Shown one piece after another: positions 1 through 11,443 of a DNA stretch of 64,000 nt (the stretch's first letter is position 1; the number at the start of each line of letters is the position of its first letter). Source of the DNA: Verrucomicrobiia bacterium (GTDB lineage Bacteria; Verrucomicrobiota; Verrucomicrobiia; Limisphaerales; UBA1319); the NCBI GenBank assembly GCA_963664225.1, contig OY760937.1:5152001-5216000 (forward strand), read 5' to 3'. The translations under genes and the position numbers were made by a program. The notes below the pieces were generated by a model. It saw only the letters and a list, made by a program, of their open reading frames with translations, searched no databases and was not told the origin of the DNA.

Positions 1-271
1 CTGCGATTTAAGAAGAAGGCTCGCCGGGCGGGCAACGATCAATGTCGTTTCCCTGCGGAGTTGTTTTTGCAGTTTCTTCAGTTGTTGATGGCTGCTTTTG
101 CGCTTTTGGAGCGCAGTTGTGCCGCATTTGATTCAAAACTCAGGCTTCAACAGCCATTCCTGATCCACACGGCCCGTCGCTAATGCTGCTGCTCCAGTAA
201 TGCAGACAATCTAATAATAGGTATTACTCTAAATATTGACTTTGGCGCATTCACCCTTATATTGCCCCAAG

Positions 272-808
272 GTGAATACGAGTCGGAATGATGAGTTGAC
301 TGGAACTGAGGGTCGCGAGCGAATGGCCACCAATGGTTACCGCTTGACGCCACAGCGCAGACAGGTTTACAGCATTCTGCTGAACCAGAGGGATCATCCC
401 ACCGCCAACGAGGTTTTCCTCAGGGCCAAGCAGGTCATGCCCGATATCTCCATGGCCACGGTTTATAACTGTCTCGACGCGCTGGTGGAATGCGGTTTGG
501 TGCGCCAAGTCAATCTGGACCGGTCGGCAACCCGTTTTTGTCCGAATATGGATCCGCATTGTCACTTCTTTTGCGAGAAGTGCGGTCACATATTTGACAT
601 CGATTTCGATCCTCAATCCATGCGCACCGAGGTGAGCATTCCGGCAGGATTCGAGGTGACGCATTTTGGACTGGCCTTGCGCGGGAAATGCCCTCAATGC
701 GCGGCGACGGCGCACCCGCAACCGACCCGCAAAGATCAGGGTCCGACCGATGAACCTTCAATGGCTGCCAACGAGACAGCCCTTGGCAATGGCGCCCGAG
801 GCGATTAA
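272..808 (+). CDS. Fur/PerR-family transcriptional regulator
   Basis: RLTPQR, HPTA, ISMATVYNCL wHTH motifs; HCHFFCEKC and CPQC metal-binding motifs. In-frame GTG at 272 is the preferred start (ORF track starts at 236). Confidence 0.9.
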   Translation: MNTSRNDELTGTEGRERMATNGYRLTPQRRQVYSILLNQRDHPTANEVFLRAKQVMPDISMATVYNCLDALVECGLVRQVNLDRSATRFCPNMDPHCHFFCEKCGHIFDIDFDPQSMRTEVSIPAGFEVTHFGLALRGKCPQCAATAHPQPTRKDQGPTDEPSMAANETALGNGARGD

Positions 809-840
809 GTCGGTTCCAATGCAAATACTTGGGCGGAATT

Positions 841-893
841 TTGACAAACCTCTGAAGTGCGTTAAGTTAACATTGGAATGAGAATTAGTCTCA
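841..893 (+). promoter_or_regulatory. Putative sigma70 promoter and Fur-box-like operator upstream of sufB
   Basis: TTGACA at 841-846, TAAGTT at 863-868; palindrome TGAGA-ATTAG-TCTCA at 879-893 resembles the 7-1-7 Fur box TGATAATnATTATCA. Confidence 0.55.
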
Positions 894-924
894 ATATTGA
901 ATCACGGAAGCATTTTGAAATCGC

Positions 925-2382
925 ATGAACTCTGGCACTGAAAGCACTGAAACCATCGATCAATTCGTTCAAGGCGAGTATAAATTTGGCTTTGTTACGC
1001 AGATTGATTCGGACGCGGCACCCATCGGCCTGACCGAAGACACGGTTCGGTTTATTTCGGCCAGGAAGAACGAACCGCCGTTTCTGCTGGAGTGGCGTCT
1101 GAAAGCTTACCGGCACTGGCTGACGATGAAACCGCCGGTGTGGCCGAATGTTCAATTTCCGCCGATCGATTATCAGAAAATAATTTTCTATTCGGCGCCC
1201 AAGCAGGCGAAGCCGGGACCCAAGAGCCTGGACGAGGTGGATCCCAAGCTGATTGAAACCTACAAGAAACTCGGCATTCCCTTGCATGAGCAAATGCGTC
1301 TGGCCGGAGTGGCCGTGGATGCGGTGTTCGATAGCGTGAGCGTGGCCACCACGTTCAAGGAAAAGCTCAGCGAGCTTGGAGTCATCTTTTGTTCCTTCTC
1401 CGAGGCGGTGCGCGAGCATCCCGACCTGGTGCGCAAGCATTTGGGATCGGTGGTTCCGCACACGGATAATTATTATGCGGCCTTGAATTCGGCGGTATTC
1501 AGCGACGGCTCATTTTGTTACATCCCCAAGGGGGTGCGATGCCCGATGGAACTCTCCACCTATTTCCGCATTAACGCGGCGAATACAGGACAGTTCGAAC
1601 GCACTCTCATCGTCGCCGAGCCGGGAAGCTATGTGAGTTATCTGGAGGGTTGCACGGCGCCCATGCGGGATGAAAACCAACTGCACGCCGCCGTGGTGGA
1701 ATTGGTCGCGATGGACGATGCGGAGATCAAATACTCCACGGTGCAGAACTGGTATCCAGGCGATGAGCAGGGCAAGGGCGGCATCTACAATTTCGTGACC
1801 AAACGCGGCATGGCCCGGGGACGGAACTCGAAAATATCGTGGACTCAGGTCGAGACGGGCTCGGCGATTACATGGAAATATCCGAGTGTCGTTCTCCTGG
1901 GCGACAATTCGACAGGTGAGTTTTACTCGGTGGCCCTGACCAATCATTACCAGCAGGCCGACACGGGAACCAAGATGATCCACATTGGCAAGAATACGCG
2001 CAGCACCATAGTCTCCAAGGGTATTTCCGCCGGTCATGGCCAGAACAGTTACCGGGGACTCGTGAAGGTGATGAAAGGCGCCGATGGGGCGCGCAATTAT
2101 TCGCAATGCGATTCGCTGCTGCTGGGCGACAAGTGCGGCGCGCATACGTTCCCCTATATCGAGACCATGAATCCGACCGCGCAGGTGGAGCACGAGGCCT
2201 CCACATCGAAGATTGGCGAGGACCAGATCTTTTATTGCAATCAGCGCGGCCTGGATACCCAGGATGCGGTAAGCATGATTGTCAATGGATATTGCAAGGA
2301 AGTGTTCAAGCATCTGCCGATGGAGTTTGCGGTGGAGGCCCAGAAGCTTCTCGGGGTGAGTTTGGAAGGCAGCGTGGGTTGA
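925..2382 (+). CDS. sufB: Fe-S cluster assembly protein SufB
   Basis: [53 protein letters not shown] motifs. Confidence 0.98.
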   Translation: MNSGTESTETIDQFVQGEYKFGFVTQIDSDAAPIGLTEDTVRFISARKNEPPFLLEWRLKAYRHWLTMKPPVWPNVQFPPIDYQKIIFYSAPKQAKPGPKSLDEVDPKLIETYKKLGIPLHEQMRLAGVAVDAVFDSVSVATTFKEKLSELGVIFCSFSEAVREHPDLVRKHLGSVVPHTDNYYAALNSAVFSDGSFCYIPKGVRCPMELSTYFRINAANTGQFERTLIVAEPGSYVSYLEGCTAPMRDENQLHAAVVELVAMDDAEIKYSTVQNWYPGDEQGKGGIYNFVTKRGMARGRNSKISWTQVETGSAITWKYPSVVLLGDNSTGEFYSVALTNHYQQADTGTKMIHIGKNTRSTIVSKGISAGHGQNSYRGLVKVMKGADGARNYSQCDSLLLGDKCGAHTFPYIETMNPTAQVEHEASTSKIGEDQIFYCNQRGLDTQDAVSMIVNGYCKEVFKHLPMEFAVEAQKLLGVSLEGSVG

Positions 2383-2415
2383 CGCAGAAAGAAATTACAG
2401 AAGGAAAATTGAATT

Positions 2416-3174
2416 ATGTTGGAAATCAAGAATCTGACGGCGCGAATCGGCGATAAGGAAATTTTGCGAGGCATTAATCTCTCGGTGAAACCCGGAGAAG
2501 TGCATGCGATCATGGGGCCCAATGGCAGCGGTAAAAGCACGCTGGCACAGGTGTTGGTTGGGCGTCCCGAGTATCAGGTGACCGCCGGAGAAGTCGTCTA
2601 TCAGGGGAAGGATCTCTTGGGATTGAAGCCCGAGGAACGCGCGCGGGAAGGGGTATTTCTCGCTTTCCAGTATCCGGTGGAAATTCCTGGAGTGAACTGC
2701 ACCTATTTTTTGAAAACGGCATTGAATGCGGTCAGAAAACATCGCGGGTTGGAGCCTTTGGACGCCATCGATTTTCTGGCCCACATCAAGGACAAGATGA
2801 AGCTGCTCGAATTGGATCAGGCGCTGTTGAACCGCCCGGTCAACGAGGGTTTCTCCGGCGGCGAGAAGAAGCGCAACGAAGTGTTTCAGATGGCTGTTCT
2901 CGAGCCTTCGCTGGCGATCCTGGATGAAACAGATTCCGGCCTGGACATCGATGCCTTGCGGATTGTGGCCGAGGGCGTCAACCGCCTCAAGCGGCCGACT
3001 CAGGCTCAGATCGTCATCACGCACTATCAACGCCTGCTCAACTATATCGTGCCCGATTTTGTGCACGTGCTTTACAACGGGCGCATCGTCAAGAGCGGCG
3101 GCAAGGAACTGGCTCTGGCCCTTGAGGAAAAGGGTTATGACTGGATCATTGATGAAGTCGGTGTGAAGAATTGA
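2416..3174 (+). CDS. sufC: Fe-S cluster assembly ATPase SufC
   Basis: Walker A GPNGSGKST, FQYPVEIPG, signature FSGGEKKR, Walker B ILDETDSGLD. Confidence 0.98.
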   Translation: MLEIKNLTARIGDKEILRGINLSVKPGEVHAIMGPNGSGKSTLAQVLVGRPEYQVTAGEVVYQGKDLLGLKPEERAREGVFLAFQYPVEIPGVNCTYFLKTALNAVRKHRGLEPLDAIDFLAHIKDKMKLLELDQALLNRPVNEGFSGGEKKRNEVFQMAVLEPSLAILDETDSGLDIDALRIVAEGVNRLKRPTQAQIVITHYQRLLNYIVPDFVHVLYNGRIVKSGGKELALALEEKGYDWIIDEVGVKN

Positions 3175-3180
3175 TCCGGC

Positions 3181-4611
3181 GTGAAACCAACAGACGCTTT
3201 TATGAATTCGACAGGCACATTGGAAGCAACGGGAGTGAGGGAATCGGATTATTTCCTGACGGAGTTCGAGCGGTTGCTTGCTTTGGAACCCCGTGAGACT
3301 CCGCTTTGGCTGCGCGCGATTCGCAAGTCAGGAATCGCCCATTTCGCGGATTCCGGTTTTCCAACCATGCGGGATGAGGAATGGAAATACACCAATCTGG
3401 AGATCTTGCGTGACAGGCAGTTTTTGACCGCTGTAAGTGATTCGGCATTGGAACCTACCGCCGCCGTTCTCGCGCGTGTGCCCTGGTTTAACACCATTCC
3501 ACGGCGCGTTGTTTTTGTGAATGGACATTTTGCGTCCGGTTTATCCAACTGCCCGGAGACTGATGGCGGACTTAAGATCTCGAGTTTGCGCAGGGCCATT
3601 CAGGAGGATCCCCGCGCGATCGAACATCATCTGGCCCGGTACGCTCTGCCATCGGACCAGCCATTCGTCGCCTTGAACACGGCCTTTTTCCAGGACGGCG
3701 CGTTCATTCACGCGGGAAAAAGCGTGGACGACCGGGTCCCGGTGCATTTGATATTCATTGCGACTCGTCCAGATGCTGGAGTGGCATTTCAAACCCGGAA
3801 TTTGATTGTCGCGGAGGCGGACAGCCGGCTGGCGGTTGTGGAAACCTATATCAGTCTGGGCGCTGAGCAGTATTTTACAAACAGCGTAAGCGAGATTGTT
3901 TTGGGCGAAAATGCGACGGTGGAGCATTTGAAAATCCAGCAGGAGAGCGCCGCAGCTTGTCACATGGCAACCATTCAGGCGCATCAAGCCGCAAACAGTC
4001 ATTTTACATCCCATTCCATCGCGCTTGGCGCGCGGGTGGCGCGCAACGATATTCGCGCCGTTTTCGATGGATCCGGCGCGGAGTGCCTGATGAACGGACT
4101 CTACATTGCCTCGGATCATCAACTGACCGATCACCATACTGTGATCGATCATGCGAAACCCAATTGCTCCAGTCATGAGCATTATCAGGGCATCATGGCG
4201 GGTTCGGCCCGTGGCGTGTTCAATGGAAAAATCTTTGTCCGCAAGGACGCCCAAAAAACGGACGCCAAACAGACCAATCGCAATCTGCTCCTTTCAGAAA
4301 ACGCGGTGATCGATACCAAGCCCCAATTGGAAATCTTTGCCGACGACGTGAAATGCACGCATGGCGCGACTGTGGGGCAACTGTCCCAAGAGGCGCTGTT
4401 CTATTTGCGTTCGCGGGGCATTGGCATCGAGGAGGCGCGGCGCATGTTGATTCAAGCTTTTGCAAGCCAGGTATTGGGCCGCATTGGCATTCAAGGGGTG
4501 GTGCCGCTGTTGGAGAAGTGCATTTTGGAGATCATCGGCAGGATCGAATTGCCGGACAACGCGACTAGTCATAAGAACGCCGTTTCCGATGAAAGGAGTT
4601 CCCATGCCTGA
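3181..4611 (+). CDS. sufD: Fe-S cluster assembly protein SufD
   Basis: EEWKYT, FNGKIFV, KTDAKQ, TKPQLEIFADDVKCTHGAT, FYLRSRG motifs. Confidence 0.97.
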   Translation: MKPTDAFMNSTGTLEATGVRESDYFLTEFERLLALEPRETPLWLRAIRKSGIAHFADSGFPTMRDEEWKYTNLEILRDRQFLTAVSDSALEPTAAVLARVPWFNTIPRRVVFVNGHFASGLSNCPETDGGLKISSLRRAIQEDPRAIEHHLARYALPSDQPFVALNTAFFQDGAFIHAGKSVDDRVPVHLIFIATRPDAGVAFQTRNLIVAEADSRLAVVETYISLGAEQYFTNSVSEIVLGENATVEHLKIQQESAAACHMATIQAHQAANSHFTSHSIALGARVARNDIRAVFDGSGAECLMNGLYIASDHQLTDHHTVIDHAKPNCSSHEHYQGIMAGSARGVFNGKIFVRKDAQKTDAKQTNRNLLLSENAVIDTKPQLEIFADDVKCTHGATVGQLSQEALFYLRSRGIGIEEARRMLIQAFASQVLGRIGIQGVVPLLEKCILEIIGRIELPDNATSHKNAVSDERSSHA

Positions 4612-5056
4612 CGATCTGAACGAGCTTTATCAGGAGGTGATTCTTGACCACAGCAAGAACCCCAAGAATTTTGCGCCTTTGGATGATGCCAACCGCATGG
4701 CCCAGGGTCGAAATCCGGTTTGCGGTGATCAGGTGACCATCTTCATGAATGTGGAAGAGGGCGTGATCAAGGACATCACCTTTCAAGGCTCGGGTTGCGC
4801 CATTTCCAAGGCTGCGGCCTCGATGATGACCTCAAGCCTGAAGGGCAAGTCCATCGCCGAAGCCAAAACATTGTTCGATAAGGTGCAGGAGATTGTCACG
4901 ACAGGGGAAGGCAACCTGGACGAAGTGGGCAAGCTGGCCGCGTTTGCCGGTGTGCACAAATTTCCGGCCCGCGTGAAGTGCGCCATGCTGCCATGGCGGG
5001 CGGCCATCGCGGCAATGGAGCACCCCGAAATCAAGGAGAATGTTACAACCGAGTAA
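4604..5056 (+). CDS. sufU: SufU/NifU-like sulfur-transfer protein
   Basis: LYQEVILDH, NPVCGD, GCAISKA, RVKCA. ATG at 4604 with upstream GAAAGGA RBS overlaps the sufD stop. Confidence 0.93.
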   Translation: MPDDLNELYQEVILDHSKNPKNFAPLDDANRMAQGRNPVCGDQVTIFMNVEEGVIKDITFQGSGCAISKAAASMMTSSLKGKSIAEAKTLFDKVQEIVTTGEGNLDEVGKLAAFAGVHKFPARVKCAMLPWRAAIAAMEHPEIKENVTTE

Positions 5057-5059
5057 ATC

Positions 5060-5614
5060 ATGGATACGGATGCTCCCATCACATTAAAGCGCGACTGCGA
5101 AGCGGTGATGATCCCGTCTGGCACGCCTTTGCTTCTAAAGGCGGGTGATCAGGCCTCGATCACGCAATCGCTGGGCGGTAGTTATACGGTGTATTCGAAT
5201 GGCCTGCTGGCGCGCATCGAGGGCAAGGATGCCGATGCGCTGGGTTTGGAAACCGCCGTTTCAAGTGAAATTGAAAAAGACGCCAAGCCTCCCGCGGGTC
5301 CGGTTAACGAGGAATTGATCTGGAAGCAGATGCGGACCTGCTTCGATCCGGAGATTCCGGTCAATATCGTGGACTTGGGTTTGATCTATGATTGTTGCAT
5401 CAATCCATTGCCGGATGGCGGAAATCTGGTGTTGGTTAAAATGACGCTGACCGCGCCCGGCTGCGGCATGTCCGAATTTTTGAAAGCAGACCTCGAGGCC
5501 AAAATTCGGAATGTTCCAGGCGTGACGGACGTCCAGGTGGAAGTGGTCTGGGAACCCCCGTGGAACCAGGGGATGATTTCAGAGTCGGCGAGGCTTGAAT
5601 TGGGACTCATGTAG
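5060..5614 (+). CDS. sufT: SufT / PaaD-like Fe-S assembly protein (DUF59 with N-terminal extension)
   Basis: TQSLGGSYTV N-domain; DPEIPVNIVDLGLIY, MTLTAPGCG, WEPPW. Confidence 0.92.
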   Translation: MDTDAPITLKRDCEAVMIPSGTPLLLKAGDQASITQSLGGSYTVYSNGLLARIEGKDADALGLETAVSSEIEKDAKPPAGPVNEELIWKQMRTCFDPEIPVNIVDLGLIYDCCINPLPDGGNLVLVKMTLTAPGCGMSEFLKADLEAKIRNVPGVTDVQVEVVWEPPWNQGMISESARLELGLM

Positions 5615-5655
5615 CGGAGACGCATTGGAATGCGGGGGAATATTACATTGAATCT

Positions 5656-6924
5656 ATGATAACGGAACAAACATTGGCGGCAAAAGGCACATTCGGCATC
5701 AACGAGGAACGTCTGCGGAGCGAGTTTCCAATTCTCGCCCAGAGCGTTCATGGACACCCGTTGGTCTATCTGGATAACGCCGCCACCAGTCAGAAACCGC
5801 GGGCGGTGCTCGACGCGATCCGGCATTACTATGAGAACGACAATAGCAATGTGCATCGCGGGATCCATGAATTGAGCAATCGTGCGACAGCCGGTTTTGA
5901 AGCCGCGCGCAAACGCTCCGCTCAATTTATCAACGCGCGCAGCGAACAGGAGATCGTTTTTACACGGGGCACCACCGAAGGCATTAATCTGGTGGCCCAG
6001 GCGTGGGGTCGGCGTCATCTCAAAGCGGGCGATCAGATTCTTCTGACCGAAATGGAGCACCACAGCAATCTGGTGCCGTGGCAACTGCTCGCGCACAGCA
6101 CAGGCGCGCAATTGCGCTTTGTTCCAGTCACAGGAGACGAGGGACTTCTCAACATGCAGCGCTTGGACGAAATGCTCACTTCGAAGGTGAAGCTGTTTGC
6201 GTTCACCCACATTTCAAACACCCTCGGGACGGTGAATCCAGCAGCCGAACTATGCGCACGCGCGCGTAAATTAGGCATTGTCACGCTGGTCGATGCGGCA
6301 CAAAGCGCGGGACATCGTGTTTTGGACGTGCAGGAAATCGGGTGCGATTTTCTGGCGTTTTCCGGTCACAAAATCTGCGGACCCACCGGGATTGGAATTC
6401 TTTACGGCCGGCAGGAGAGGCTTGCTGACATGGATCCCTATCAGGGCGGCGGCGAGATGATTCTCACGGTCGATTTTGAGCAAAGCACGTGGAAGGATGC
6501 GCCCCATAAATTCGAGGCGGGTACTCCCAATATTGCCGGCGCCGTCGGATTGCACGCGGCCATGGATTATCTGGATGGCATAGGTCGGACAAACATTTTC
6601 AACCACGATCAGGCCCTGGCGACTTATGCGTATGAACAGTTGGCCAGATTGGGCGGGGTGCGCTTGTTTGGTCCTCGCACGGGACGCGCGGGTCTGGTCA
6701 GTTTCCTGCTTGATGATGTTCACGCGCACGACCTGGTCACAGTGGCCGATCAGCGGGGCGTGGCCCTGCGGGGTGGCCACCACTGCAATCAGCCGCTGAT
6801 GAAGCGGCTGGGTGTGATTTCCACCGCGCGTGCCAGTTTTTATTTCTACAACACGTTTTCAGAGGTTGACCGGCTTGTGGAAGTGCTGAGCGAAATCAAA
6901 AAGTTTTTCGGCGCTTCCAAATAG
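5656..6924 (+). CDS. sufS: Cysteine desulfurase SufS
   Basis: YLDNAATSQKP, EHHSN, SGHK (PLP lysine), FEAGTP, RGGHHC. Confidence 0.97.
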   Translation: MITEQTLAAKGTFGINEERLRSEFPILAQSVHGHPLVYLDNAATSQKPRAVLDAIRHYYENDNSNVHRGIHELSNRATAGFEAARKRSAQFINARSEQEIVFTRGTTEGINLVAQAWGRRHLKAGDQILLTEMEHHSNLVPWQLLAHSTGAQLRFVPVTGDEGLLNMQRLDEMLTSKVKLFAFTHISNTLGTVNPAAELCARARKLGIVTLVDAAQSAGHRVLDVQEIGCDFLAFSGHKICGPTGIGILYGRQERLADMDPYQGGGEMILTVDFEQSTWKDAPHKFEAGTPNIAGAVGLHAAMDYLDGIGRTNIFNHDQALATYAYEQLARLGGVRLFGPRTGRAGLVSFLLDDVHAHDLVTVADQRGVALRGGHHCNQPLMKRLGVISTARASFYFYNTFSEVDRLVEVLSEIKKFFGASK

Positions 6925-6947
6925 CAATTGCCCATCCGTCCAAGAAG

Positions 6948-6976
6948 AAAAGGCACCGGTTCCCGGTGCCTTTTTT
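6948..6976 (+). terminator. Intrinsic terminator after the suf operon
   Basis: GGCACCGG-ttc-CCGGTGCC followed by T6, preceded by an A-tract. Confidence 0.85.
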
Positions 6977-7145
6977 GCGTGGAGCCAGGAAATCAGCGCG
7001 ATTTAGAATTGTTAGTTTGCCATTCACTCTTCGCCAGGTTCAGCCAAGCCAGCAGAAATGGCTTCCCAGAAGATACACTGGGTGACTTGAAGAAGGATTT
7101 GGCGCGGAGTGCCAAGCGTGCTGAATCTAAAGAGTCGGCGGTGTT

Positions 7146-7378
7146 TCAGTTGATCATCCCGGTCCCGAGGCATTTCTTACAATCTCCAACCCCATTGCAC
7201 TTTGTGCATATCTGGCGCCGCAACGCATACAAGGGAAAACCCCAGGATAAATTGGCAAGCTACTTTGCTGTCCGCTTCCATTACATGGCTCGCAGACTGA
7301 TTTAAACGACGCCGTAAGCCATACTCCCCATGTATGAGGATCGTTGGAGTTGCAATGACCGAACGGGACTCGGGACAA
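7146..7378 (-). pseudogene. Frameshifted small DnaJ-type (CxxCxGxG) zinc-finger protein
   Basis: One frame gives CEPCNGSG...CMRCG; after a frameshift near 7213-7218 another frame gives ICTKCNGVGDCKKCLGTGMIN then stop at 7146. Confidence 0.55.
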
Positions 7379-7680
7379 AAAGGTTCATATACTATTATAA
7401 TAGCGGAATGTCCATTGTAATAAAACAAATCAACACCAGGCACATTGGCCGGGTCAAACGCGGGATTGGAAGCGGCAAAATTAGAAATCCTTTATCGAGC
7501 GGGAGGATGAATAAGATATGATTCTGAGGGTTAAAATAAGCCCAATTGGATTGAAATTTGAGGGTCGCAAATTGGTATCGACAGGGAAGATGGCCCGGTA
7601 TATTCAGAGCGCCGGAACCATGCATTTTCCGCCTAACAAAATTGGCCATTGGTCCGCTTGCACCGGTGTCGTCTTGATGA

Positions 7681-9117
<1,437 letters not shown>

Positions 9118-9141
9118 CCAATCCTGCTGTTGCTCGTTGTT

Positions 9142-9176
9142 GGGGTGGCGTTGCTTTCTCAGCGCCACTCTTTTTT
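9142..9176 (+). terminator. Intrinsic terminator after gdhA
   Basis: GGGGTGGCGTTG / CAGCGCCACTC stem followed by a T-run. Confidence 0.8.
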
Positions 9177-9433
9177 AATGGTCTTCCGCTCATTTTGTCG
9201 GTTCTGCCCATCATTCTCGCCGACATCTCACTCCTGTAAGTATTGATTCCGTTGCTTTCTTGAGGGCGCAGCCATCGAAAGGGGGCTGGTGCTCCCAAAA
9301 TGTGTGCAAACCGAAAGTGTGGAGCTGCGTGCGGATGGGTATTGATCACAGGGGTTCTTGCGGTATGCTTGAAAACGGCACCGGTACGGTGTTCTTTTTG
9401 AGAGTGCTTTTGGAAAGCGCCAAGCAAAGTTTG

Positions 9434-11379
9434 GTGGCTGTAGTCAAATGCAACGAGTTGATCATGATAACAGGTCGAGAGTCATGTAGCCGCGTCCAAA
9501 GCGTGGTGGGGCGACCCGCCGCGTTCAAGCTGGGCAAGGCAAAGGTGCGAGCCGTAGCGTCTGCGAACTCGATTCAGCCTCGTTACTCTAAAGCGGGAGT
9601 GGCCAGCCTGTCAGAGAAGGTGAAGCCAGCATTGGAGGGGAAGATTCGACCAGAAGCACCCTTCAAGCTCCCCGGGGTCAGAGGAGACAGCGCGTACCCA
9701 AACAACCATCAGGAACTTGGGAGACCCTGCCTGAACCTCGGTCCCGAGACCGGGGAACGCACGTCGGGAAGCCATAACCGGCGGGCGCTCAGGATCAGGG
9801 AGTCGGACGGGCTCATAGTAGCTGCGAAATCCCGGTCAAGCCGGGATGGAGCCAAGGAGCCCTGGCCAGAGTCAAGCCGAGTCAGAGGGAACTGGAGCTG
9901 ATTGAAGTGAAAACTTCCACGACAGAACAAGCGGTGGAGGAACTTTCCTTTCGGGAAGCGATCCTGCCGCCCAAACTTCAGGAACTGAGACAGAAGCTGG
10001 GCCGGAAAGCCAAACAAGAGAAGCGATTCCGCTTCTACAGCCTCTACGGACTGGTGTTCCTGCCGGAGGTGCTGCAAGCGGCATGGGCTGCGGTGCGGCG
10101 CAATGGCGGGGCACCGGGCGTGGACGGAGTGAGCATCGACCAGATCACCGCGACACCTGAAAGTGAAGCGGCGTTTCTGGGAACGATCAGGCAGAGCCTG
10201 CGGGACAAGACCTACCGCGCCCAACCGGTGCGGCGGGTCTATATACCGAAGGCAAACGGAAAACTGCGGCCACTGGGAATCCCGACGGTGAAGGACCGGG
10301 TGGTGCAAGCGGCGGTATTGCTGATTCTGGAGCCCATCTTCGAAGCGGACTTTGAGGATTGTTCCTACGGGTTTCGGCCCGGACGGTCGGCGCACGACGC
10401 ATTGCAAACCCTCCAAAAACACCTGAAGGAGGGGAAGAACGCAGTGTATGACGCGGACCTGTCCGGATACTTCGACAGCATCCCTCACGACAAGCTTCTG
10501 GCTTGCGTGCGGATGCGCGTGGTGGACGGCGCGGTTTTGGGACTCATCCGGCAATGGCTGGCGGCCCCCGTGGTGGAACCTCCCCAAGGAGAGGAACCGC
10601 CTCGGGTCAACCGCCGGGATCGGGGCACGCCGCAAGGCGGAGTCCTCTCTCCGTTACTGGCCAACATATACCTGCACTGGTTCGACCACCTGTTCCAAAG
10701 GGCGGATGGACCGGCGCACTGGGCGGATGCCCGGCTCGTTCGCTATGCGGACGACTTTGTGGTCATGGCCCGGTATATGGGTCCCAAGCTGCGAGCATGG
10801 ATTGAGGAAAAGCTGGAGGGCTGGCTCACACTGGAAATCAACCGGGACAAAACCCGGGTGGTCAACGTCAACGAGCAAAGCCTGGACTTTCTGGGCTACA
10901 CCTTCCGGTATGACCGGGATCAATTCGGCAGGGCGTTTCACTACCTCAACCTGTGTCCTTCGGGCAAGGCGATGGAACGGGAGAGGCAGGCGTTGCGACT
11001 GCTGATCAATGCCGGGCAAAGTCATACGCCGCTGCCGGAGTTGATCGGGCGGATCAACCGTCATTTGCGGGGTTGGAGCAACTACTTCAACCTCGGACAA
11101 CCCCGACGGGCCTTTCGCCAGATCAACCACTTCGTGAGAGTGCGGCTGGGCAAACACCTGCGACGACGAAGCCAGCGGGGCTGGCGCGTCCGTCAGGGAG
11201 TCACGCTCTATGCCCATCTCGAAACACTGGGTCTGAAGGCATTGTGAATGCAATCTGGAAAAGACGACTCTGGCGAAAGCCGGATGTGGGAAATCTGCAT
11301 GTCCGGTTTGACGAGGGAGAGGTGAGCGGCGGTCATTGGCCTTTGCGCCTTTCATCCCGTGCTCTCCTCTCTACTCTAC
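9434..11379 (+). mobile_element. Group II intron (ribozyme plus RT/maturase ORF); 5' boundary uncertain
   Basis: Domain V AAGCCGGATGTGGGAAATCTGCATGTCCGGTTTG at 11277-11310 with AGC triad; domain VI ending CTACTCTAC at 11379; GGAACTTGGGAGACCC DI/DII junction; DIII-like GTCGGACGGGCTCATAGTAGC...GGAGCCAAGGAGCCC upstream of the ORF. Confidence 0.9.
9907..11247 (+). CDS. ltrA: Group II intron reverse transcriptase/maturase, no endonuclease domain
   Basis: [62 protein letters not shown] domain RGWSNYF. Confidence 0.97.
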   Translation: MKTSTTEQAVEELSFREAILPPKLQELRQKLGRKAKQEKRFRFYSLYGLVFLPEVLQAAWAAVRRNGGAPGVDGVSIDQITATPESEAAFLGTIRQSLRDKTYRAQPVRRVYIPKANGKLRPLGIPTVKDRVVQAAVLLILEPIFEADFEDCSYGFRPGRSAHDALQTLQKHLKEGKNAVYDADLSGYFDSIPHDKLLACVRMRVVDGAVLGLIRQWLAAPVVEPPQGEEPPRVNRRDRGTPQGGVLSPLLANIYLHWFDHLFQRADGPAHWADARLVRYADDFVVMARYMGPKLRAWIEEKLEGWLTLEINRDKTRVVNVNEQSLDFLGYTFRYDRDQFGRAFHYLNLCPSGKAMERERQALRLLINAGQSHTPLPELIGRINRHLRGWSNYFNLGQPRRAFRQINHFVRVRLGKHLRRRSQRGWRVRQGVTLYAHLETLGLKAL

Positions 11380-11443
11380 TGGATTCTTTGCAAAAAATGC
11401 CAATGGCCTTCAGAATTTGGCCAGCTTCCTGTTGCCCGTATTA

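Noticed and set aside
1..235. Possible gene fragment at the window start
   Set aside because: Only short open frames with no recognisable motif.
7252..7268. Sigma54-like TGGCAAGCTACTTTGC upstream of gdhA
   Set aside because: GG-to-GC spacing is 11 rather than the required 10.
9260..9901. 213-aa ORF upstream of the RT
   Set aside because: Runs through structured intron RNA domains I-III; no protein-like features.
9907..11247. RT as retron, DGR, CRISPR-associated or defence RT
   Set aside because: Domains V and VI follow immediately and the X/maturase domain is present; no template/variable repeat pair, msr-msd or cas genes seen.
11336..11443. N-terminal extension of the MATE ORF (likewise track extensions of sufU, purE, pyrE, def, batB and moxR)
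   Set aside because: Longest-ORF artefacts that overlap neighbouring features or precede the conserved N-terminus; downstream starts fit better.
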